The notes beneath the pieces are model-generated. The model ran no database searches, was not told the DNA's origin, and saw nothing but the letters and a program-made list of their open reading frames with translations. Source: an uncultured Clostridia bacterium (GTDB lineage: Bacteria; Bacillota; Clostridia; TANB77; CAG-508). Taken from it: DNA of 64,000 nt. The stretch lies in contig CANQCV010000006.1 in the NCBI GenBank assembly GCA_947591045.1, positions 5,953 through 69,952 of the forward strand, read 5' to 3'. Shown one piece after another: positions 57,123-64,000 of this stretch. The position numbers and the translations under genes are program-made. The number at the start of each line of letters is the position of its first letter. Positions within the stretch are counted from its first letter, which is position 1.

Positions 57123-57851
57123 ATGACAAGTTTTGTATTAAAATTAATCGCACTAGTTACAATGTTTTGTGACCATTTTGGAGATGCCTTTGTAGGACAT
57201 TATAGCTTTTTTAATATTATTGGTAGAATTGCTTTTCCTATTTTTGCATTTCAAATTTCGGAAGGATATATTCACACTAAAAATTTAAAGAAATATATTA
57301 TTAGACTTTTTGGCTTTGCCTTAATTTCTCAAATACCATTTCACTTATTTTTAAAAGATTTTCTGCCAAGTTCAGTTGGTAATTTAAATATTTTCTTTAC
57401 ATTACTTCTAGGACTTTTATCTATGATTGTATTTGACTATTTTTCAAATGCTAAACATAAAATATTGGAAAAGAAAATCTTTAAACTAAAAATTGGTCCT
57501 ATTATTGGAATTTTAGCAGTGCTACTTATTTCATATATTGGCAATTTACTTAATGTTGACTATGGCTATTGGGGAGTGCTTGTTATTTTTGCTTTCTACC
57601 TATTTAAGCAAAATAAGTTAATGATGATAATGTCGTTTATATGTTTATGTATAATACGCTATGCTTTTGATATAGTAAGCTATTCAGTATCTTCTCAATA
57701 TTTATGCTTACAGTATATTTATCTTATGTTTGCTACAATGTTTCCAATTATATTTATATCTCTATATAATGGAAAACAAGGACCTAAAATTAAATATTTA
57801 TTATATTTATTCTATCCAATACATTTAGCTTTATTATATTTAATCTTTTAG
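57123..57851 (+). CDS. TraX-family membrane acyltransferase-like protein
   Basis: LKLIALVTMFCDH, GRIAFPIF, NIFFTL, DYG and FYPIHL motifs. Confidence 0.85.
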   Translation: MTSFVLKLIALVTMFCDHFGDAFVGHYSFFNIIGRIAFPIFAFQISEGYIHTKNLKKYIIRLFGFALISQIPFHLFLKDFLPSSVGNLNIFFTLLLGLLSMIVFDYFSNAKHKILEKKIFKLKIGPIIGILAVLLISYIGNLLNVDYGYWGVLVIFAFYLFKQNKLMMIMSFICLCIIRYAFDIVSYSVSSQYLCLQYIYLMFATMFPIIFISLYNGKQGPKIKYLLYLFYPIHLALLYLIF

Positions 57852-57895
57852 TAATTTTAAAAGCTGACAGTACAAATATCTGCCAGCTTTTCTTT

Positions 57896-59158
57896 TTATT
57901 TTTTATTCCAATCTTCTTTATTTGTTTGACGCTGTCTTGCTATTGCTAGTGCATAATCTGGTACATCTTCTGTAATAGTTGAACCTGCTGCAACAAAAGT
58001 TTCATTTCCTAATGTAACTGGTGCTACTAAGTTTGTGTTAGAACCAATAAATGCATGATTTCCAATAATTGTTTTGCTTTTGTGAAGTCCGTCATAATTA
58101 CAAGTAATTGTTCCACAGCCAATATTACATTTTTCTCCTACTTCACAATCTCCTAAATATATAAAGTGTGGTACTTTTGTTCCCTCTCCGATAATTGCTT
58201 TCTTTATTTCTACAAAATTGCCTATTTTTACATTGTTTGCTATTTTGCATCCTTCACGAATATATGCATTTGGTCCTATTTCACAATCTTCTCCTATAAC
58301 GACCTCTGACTTAATTGTAGTATTTGGGTGAATAACTGTGTCCATACCAATTTCTACACCATCATAAATATATGTTGTATTGATATCTTCTATTGTTACA
58401 CCATTTTTCATATGCTCTGTATTAATACGCATTTGCAATACTTTTGTTAGCATTTCTAATTGAACTCTGTCGTTTATTCCTAAAATCTCTGTGTTATCTT
58501 CTACAATAACCGCACCTGTTTTTAAGCCTTTAGAATTCATAATTTCTATAACATCTGTTAAATAATATTCTCCTTGTGCATTGTTTGGTTTTATCTCTTT
58601 TAATGCCTGTAATAATGCCTCTATATCAAAGCAATAAATACCTGCATTAATCTCTTTTATATATTTTTGTTCTTCTTTTAAATCTTTTTCTTCTACTATC
58701 TTTTCAACATTTCCGGCTTCGTTTCTTATAATTCTTCCATATCCTGTAGGATTATCATAAATTGCCGTAAGTAAAGTTGCATATTCATTGTTTTCTATGC
58801 TTTTGCTTAATAGTCTATTAATTGTTTCTGGTCTTAATAGTGGTACATCTCCGTTTAGTACCAATACTTTTCCTTTCTTCCCCTCTAAATATTTTACTGC
58901 TTGCATTACTGCATGCCCTGTTCCTAGCATTTCTTCTTGAATTGCATATTGCACATTATCTCCTAAAACTCCCATTACTTCTTCTTTCATATAACCTACA
59001 ACTGCTACAATATTGTTTATTCCTGCCTTTTGTGCATTTTCTACAGCTCTTTTTACAATTTCTTTTCCATATATTTTTTGTACTAATTTTGATTTTTTAG
59101 ATTTCATTCTTGTGCCTTTACCAGCTGCCATTACAATCGCCATCATGTCACTTTCCAT
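57896..59158 (-). CDS. glmU: Bifunctional GlmU (UDP-GlcNAc pyrophosphorylase / GlcN-1-P acetyltransferase)
   Basis: AAGKGTRMKS, LGTGHA, EYYLTD, hexapeptide repeats, CNYDG. Confidence 0.93.
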   Translation of the reverse strand: MESDMMAIVMAAGKGTRMKSKKSKLVQKIYGKEIVKRAVENAQKAGINNIVAVVGYMKEEVMGVLGDNVQYAIQEEMLGTGHAVMQAVKYLEGKKGKVLVLNGDVPLLRPETINRLLSKSIENNEYATLLTAIYDNPTGYGRIIRNEAGNVEKIVEEKDLKEEQKYIKEINAGIYCFDIEALLQALKEIKPNNAQGEYYLTDVIEIMNSKGLKTGAVIVEDNTEILGINDRVQLEMLTKVLQMRINTEHMKNGVTIEDINTTYIYDGVEIGMDTVIHPNTTIKSEVVIGEDCEIGPNAYIREGCKIANNVKIGNFVEIKKAIIGEGTKVPHFIYLGDCEVGEKCNIGCGTITCNYDGLHKSKTIIGNHAFIGSNTNLVAPVTLGNETFVAAGSTITEDVPDYALAIARQRQTNKEDWNKK

Positions 59159-59360
59159 TTTAACCTCCTACTTTTGAACAAAAAAATTGTTCTTTTTTCG
59201 TAATATAATATTCAGTTTTTAGTAAACTGCCATTTATTTTATCATATTGTAAAGAAATTGGCAAATATTTTATCAAATTAGTCATAATGAACGAATTTAA
59301 CTAATATACATTAAATAAAGTTTTAGTACAAACATTTTTTAAGGGGGTTAATTAATTAAT

Positions 59361-60843
59361 ATGGACGAAAATTTAAAATTATATCAAGATATAGCAAACC
59401 GTACGCAAGGAGATATTTATGTTGGTGTCGTAGGTCCTGTTCGTACACGGAAAATCTACTTTTATAAAGAAATTTATGGATTTACTTGTTATTCCAAACA
59501 TTGACAATGAATATAAAAAAGAGCGTGCAAGAGACGAACTACCTCAAAGTGCTGGTGGCAGAACAATTATGACAACAGAACCGAAATTTATTCCTAATGA
59601 AGCTGTTGAAATTACTGTTGGTGATAATTTAAAATTAAAAACTCGTTTAGTAGACTGTGTTGGATATCTTGTAAATAATGCTATTGGGTATTTAGAAGAC
59701 GATATGCCTAGAATGGTAAAAACACCTTGGTTTGATGAAGAAATTCCTTTCGAGCAGGCTGCTGAAATTGGAACTAAAAAAGTAATTCAGGAACATTCTA
59801 CAATAGGAATCTTGGTGACAACAGATGGTAGTATTACAGATATCCCAAGAGAAGATTACATAGATGCAGAAGAAAGAGTTGTGCAAGAACTAAAACAGTT
59901 AAATAAGCCTTTTGTTATCGTTCTAAATTCTGATGATCCTTTTTCAGATAATACAAAACAGCTTGCTGAAAAGTTGGAAGAAAAATACGGAGCAGCAGTT
60001 GTTCCAACAGACTGTTCTCGTTTAGATATGGAAGATATAAACGATATTTTTGGTAGAATTTTGTATGAATTTCCAATAGAAAGAATGAATATATCTTTTC
60101 CTAAGTGGGTTGATGGTTTGTCTGACTCACATTGGCTAAAAGAAGAATTATTTAATGAAATAAAAGATGCTTTCTGTGATGTAAAAATCTTAAAACAAGT
60201 AGATAGCTGTATTTCTAAACTTCAAAATACTGAAATAATTACTAAAACTACAATAGATGAAATTAGACTTGGTGAAGGAAGTGTAAATGTTTCAATTAAC
60301 TTATTAGATGAGCTATTTTACAAGATACTAACTGAAATATCTGGTGTTAGCATAAACAATGAGGGGGATTTATTTGCTACTATTACAAATTTAGCAAATA
60401 CAAAACATGAATATGACAAAGTTGCTTATGCGTTAGAACAAGTAAAAGCAACTGGTTATGGTATAGTTACACCGTCTATGGAAGAACTTATACTAGATAA
60501 ACCTGAAATTGTAAAACAAGGTTCAAGATTTGGAGTGAAATTAAAAGCCAAAGCTCCTTCAATACATTTAATTAAAGCTGAAATTGAAACAGAGGTTTCT
60601 CCACTTGTTGGTAGTGAAAAACAATCAGAAGAATTAGTAAATTATTTACTTTCTGAATTTGAAAATGATCCAGAAAAAATCTGGGAATCAAATATTTTTG
60701 GAAAGAATTTACATGAACTTGTTAATGAGGGATTGCAAAATAAATTATCAAGAATGCCAGAAGATGCACAAGCAAAATTACAAGAAACATTAGAACGCAT
60801 TGTAAATGAGGGTAGTGGTGGACTAATTTGTATTATACTATAA
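59361..60843 (+). CDS. spoIVA: Stage IV sporulation protein A, 493 aa, needs a +1 shift at CGG 59448-59450
   Basis: ATG 59361 MDENLKLYQDIANRTQGDIYVGVVGPVRT-[C]-GKSTFIKKFMDLLVIP joins the 59476 ORF; ends GSGGLICIIL; sigmaE-like TCATAAT-N16-TATACATT upstream. Confidence 0.93.
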
Positions 60844-60875
60844 GGTGTATTCTACTTTGCAAATATGCATTTTAA

Positions 60876-60909
60876 AAAACAAAAGGGAAAAAAGTCCCTT
60901 TTGTTTTTT
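60876..60909. terminator. Bidirectional terminator between spoIVA and dinB
   Basis: AAAACAAAAGGGA-AAAAAG-TCCCTTTTGTTTTT. Confidence 0.75.
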
Positions 60910-60916
60910 ATTATAT

Positions 60917-62122
60917 CTACTTTAATTTATCTGGTATTTCTTCTAAATCTACTTTTCCTGCTCTTGTAATAGAATTATAACCATATTTATCCTTTATTTT
61001 ATCTATTACTGCATCTATCTTTTCTTGTTTATCATTTTTGTGGTTATCAAAAATAGATAATTGAATTTCGTCTTTGTGTGACAAACCATCTACTCTTATT
61101 CCAATTAGCCTAATTGGAACTCCTTTGTATAATTCTTCCAATAACTTTTTTGATTCCTCATAAATAATTTTTGTACTATTTGTTGCAGTGTCCATTTTCT
61201 TTTGATGTGAAAATACTTTAAAATCTTTTGTTTTTATTTGTACATTTACAACACTTGCATATAATTCATGCTTTCTTAAACGATATGTTGTCTGCTCTGT
61301 AATACTAAGCAACACCTCTTCTATTTTTTCAATATCTGAAAAATCATATGGAAGTGTTACAGAATTTCCTATACACTTTGGTTCTTGCTCTTCAAAAATC
61401 ACTTCTGAATTATCAATTCCATTTGCATACTCCCATATCATTTTACCATATTTTCCAAATGCCCTTATTAAATCTAGTTCTTCTTTTTTAGCTAAATCTC
61501 CTATTGTTTTTATGTGCATTTTTTCTAATTTAGGTAAGCTTTTCTTTCCTACCATAAATAAGTCAGAAACTGGTAAAGGCCACATCTTTGTAGAGAGTTC
61601 TGATTTATATAATGTATGTATTTTATCTGGCTTTTCAAAATCAGATGCCATTTTTGCCAAGAGTTTGTTATTTGCGATACCGATATTTACTGTAAAGCCA
61701 AAATTTTCTTTTACTCTTCTGTTGATTTCTAATGCAATATCATATGGCTTTCTATTTTTTAAATAATTTGTCATATCCATAAAACATTCGTCTATTGAAA
61801 ATCTTTCTATTTTGTCGGTATACTCACTAAGTAGATTATATAAGCTATTTGAATATTTATAATATACTTTAAAATCACTTTTATAAATTTGTAGATTTGG
61901 ACATTTCTTTCTAGCAAAATAAATTGGCTCACCTGTTTGTATTCCAAGTTTTTTTGCAATAGGACTTTTAGCTAAAACAACCCCTTTTCTTTGTTTTTCG
62001 TCTCCACCTATAATTGCTGGAATTGTTCTAATATCTAACTTTTCTCCATTTTTTAATCTTTCTACTGCTGTCCATGACAAAAAAGCATTGTTAACATCAA
62101 CATGTAAAATAATTCTTTCCAA
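60917..62122 (-). CDS. dinB: DNA polymerase IV
   Basis: ILHVDVNNAF, SIDECF, LAKMASDFEKP and little-finger RLIGI motifs. Confidence 0.92.
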   Translation of the reverse strand: MERIILHVDVNNAFLSWTAVERLKNGEKLDIRTIPAIIGGDEKQRKGVVLAKSPIAKKLGIQTGEPIYFARKKCPNLQIYKSDFKVYYKYSNSLYNLLSEYTDKIERFSIDECFMDMTNYLKNRKPYDIALEINRRVKENFGFTVNIGIANNKLLAKMASDFEKPDKIHTLYKSELSTKMWPLPVSDLFMVGKKSLPKLEKMHIKTIGDLAKKEELDLIRAFGKYGKMIWEYANGIDNSEVIFEEQEPKCIGNSVTLPYDFSDIEKIEEVLLSITEQTTYRLRKHELYASVVNVQIKTKDFKVFSHQKKMDTATNSTKIIYEESKKLLEELYKGVPIRLIGIRVDGLSHKDEIQLSIFDNHKNDKQEKIDAVIDKIKDKYGYNSITRAGKVDLEEIPDKLK

Positions 62123-62217
62123 TTTACTTCACCACCAATTCTTAAAGTTATTATATATCAAATTTTGTATTTTGTTTAGTAAATATAGAAAAATTTTATA
62201 ATTTATTTTTTACTGTG

Positions 62218-63595
62218 CTACTTAACATAAAGTACAACACGGAAACCTAAATGCAAATTTTTCTTATCAATAGTATCTCCGCCTTCTCGAATTTCTATTG
62301 TTCGATAATTATTTGTTCCGTTGCTAGACTTTATTCCGTCTGTCGCAAAAACTTCCACCACGAATTACAGCATATTTTGTACGGTGATCTTCTTCTCCAT
62401 TAGATGGTTTTGCTACATCATGATATCCAACTTCTGTTGTCTTTTCCCATAAATTTCCTGCAAAATCATATATGTTTTTTAATTTAAATTCATCCACAAG
62501 CCCAGTTGCCATTTCTATCAATTTAACCTCAGCTTCTCCTCCTAAATTAAATTCTCCATAATTGTATTGACCTGTCCATATAGCATTGTTTTTTGTATAT
62601 ATTGCGTTTAATCCATATCCCTTCTTGTTAGTATTATTAAGATAATTTCCATAATTTGTGCTATCATTTATTATTGACTTTTTTCCATCTTCGCTTGTAA
62701 TCCAGTTCATAACAACATCCCAAGCTATACCATCTACTAATTGACTCCTTACTCCATATTCATTACTTTCTCCTTCATTTTTATACATATTTTCTGATAC
62801 TACTTTTGCATTTACTTGACTTATATAATTCCAACATTGATTTCCTGATTTGCTCACTGGTTTTAAATCTGTTCCATTTTCTTGTGTTACATTTTTTTTA
62901 TTATCTTTCTCATATGTTTTAGTTTCTGTATCTTTTCCTACATAAAATGACGCATTACTTGGTACTCCTGCCTCATATCTTCCTATATAAAAACCACCAT
63001 TATTTTTTACACTCTCTTTATTTACATTTATATCTACTTCTTCTGTCCAATCTGTATATTGCCTATATTTATATGTTTTCCAACTGTCATTTCCAGTATC
63101 TGCTACTATACTACTTTTGTCATTTACTTTTTGCGTTACATAGTTATGCTTTTTGTACTGTTCTTCTGTACATGGTACCCACACAAATTGGTTACCATCT
63201 TCGTCTTCTATTACTATTCCACCATTTACATCTGTTCCACACTCTGGCTTTACTTTAAAGCCTTTTGGTACTGTTACTTCTTTTCCGTATTTGTCTTCTG
63301 CTTTTACCGTTCTTTTTTGTATTTCTGTTAGTCCTTCTACTAATGGTTTTCCTGTTGGTCCTTGTGGTAATTTTCTTAATTCCATTAAATAGTCATATTC
63401 TTCTTCCATTGAATCTAAGCCTTCTTCTTCTTTTTTACTACTATTTTCATAAGCATCTCTTGCTTGCTGTGCTTTCTTTATCAAGCCATTTTCTCCTGCT
63501 ACCATATTTATGCTTACTGTGGCTAAAATTATTAATACGATTATGGTTACAACAAGGGCTATTAATGTGATACCTCTTTCATTTTTTCTTATCAT
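62218..63595 (-). CDS. Prepilin-type N-terminus + FGE-sulfatase/C-type-lectin-fold protein, about 458 aa, needs a +1 shift at CGG 62336-62338
   Basis: GITLIALVVTIIVLIILA; GNQFVWVP, GFYIGRYE, NIYDFAGNLWE, RGGSF. Skipping the C adds 39 aa ending in the fold-completing LGFRVVLYVK*. Confidence 0.82.
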
Positions 63596-63615
63596 TTATT
63601 TTTCCTCCTTTATCT

Positions 63616-63640
63616 CGGGCGACCAATGGTCTGCCCCTAC
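63616..63640 (-). repeat. GTAG-family REP-like palindrome
   Basis: GTAGGGGCAGACC-ATT-GGTCGCCCG just upstream of the RBS. Confidence 0.55.
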
Positions 63641-63738
63641 AATGAAATTTTCTTTTACAATGTAATCAACAATATTTTTTTAATAGAAAAAACATTGTAA
63701 TTACATTGCACAATTCGTACATTTGTAAAAAAACACGC

Positions 63739-63781
63739 AAAAAAGACAGTCCATTTATTTTCACATAAATAGTCTGTCTTT
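63739..63781 (-). terminator. Leader terminator/attenuator upstream of the pilin-like gene
   Basis: AAAGACAGACTATTTA-loop-TAAATGGACTGTCTTTTTT. Confidence 0.7.
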
Positions 63782-63816
63782 ATATATCACAAATAAAGCG
63801 ATTTTTTCGCTTACCT

Positions 63817-63891
63817 CTATTTTACTAAATTGTAGCTCTCTCTCTCTCTCTTTCTCTCTCTTACAGCCTTAAGGCTTTTGCAGATTTTCAT
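63817..63891 (-). CDS. Putative 24-aa leader peptide containing an (AG)n microsatellite
   Basis: GAGGAG RBS; MKICKSLKAVRERKRERESYNLVK*; promoter TTGACG-N17-TATACT at 63969-63941. Confidence 0.6.
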   Translation of the reverse strand: MKICKSLKAVRERKRERESYNLVK

Positions 63892-64000
63892 TTGTACTTT
63901 TCTCCTCTTTTTTATCTGTTTTTTTGTTTCTTATGTTTATAGTATAACTATATTTTACTTATTCGTCAATATTTTTTATCTATTTGTAATATAATTGTGA

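Noticed and set aside
57123..57851. TraX as a sign of a conjugative element
   Set aside because: Standalone gene among housekeeping genes; no relaxase, T4SS or integrase.
62122..62217. SOS (LexA) box upstream of dinB
   Set aside because: No GAAC-N4-GTTC motif seen.

Overview
A very AT-rich chromosomal window from a spore-forming Clostridia-class bacterium (sigH, spoIVA, polC, T-box ileS). The many prepilin-like 'GITLIALV' proteins resemble uncultured TANB77/CAG-type gut Clostridia; this placement is inference. Most genes are housekeeping genes on the minus strand (fba, metG, glmM, argS, pfk, polC, rseP-cdsA-uppS-frr-pyrH, ychF, ligA, pgsA, queA, ileS, glmU, dinB), with sortase/LPXTG clusters, ABC transporters and a two-component system. 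The main observation is that six unrelated genes are each split by the same +1 frame break: smpB, spoIVA, a sortase, a glucosaminidase-SH3-Ig-dockerin autolysin and two prepilin-like proteins. Each break falls exactly at an in-frame CGG codon, and skipping the C gives a GGN Gly codon that restores the conserved protein. In a by-eye scan I found no in-frame CGG in any intact housekeeping gene. It occurs without a frame break only in four standalone genes with their own sigmaA promoters, where it must be read in frame. This suggests lineage-wide CGG recoding (+1 frameshift or quadruplet CGGN=Gly), possibly acting as a translational switch. Other signals are an (AG)n leader-peptide attenuator upstream of a pilin-like lectin gene, a non-cellulosomal cohesin-dockerin cell-wall module, and an orphan DnaA-box cluster with an 11-bp-periodic repeat array.
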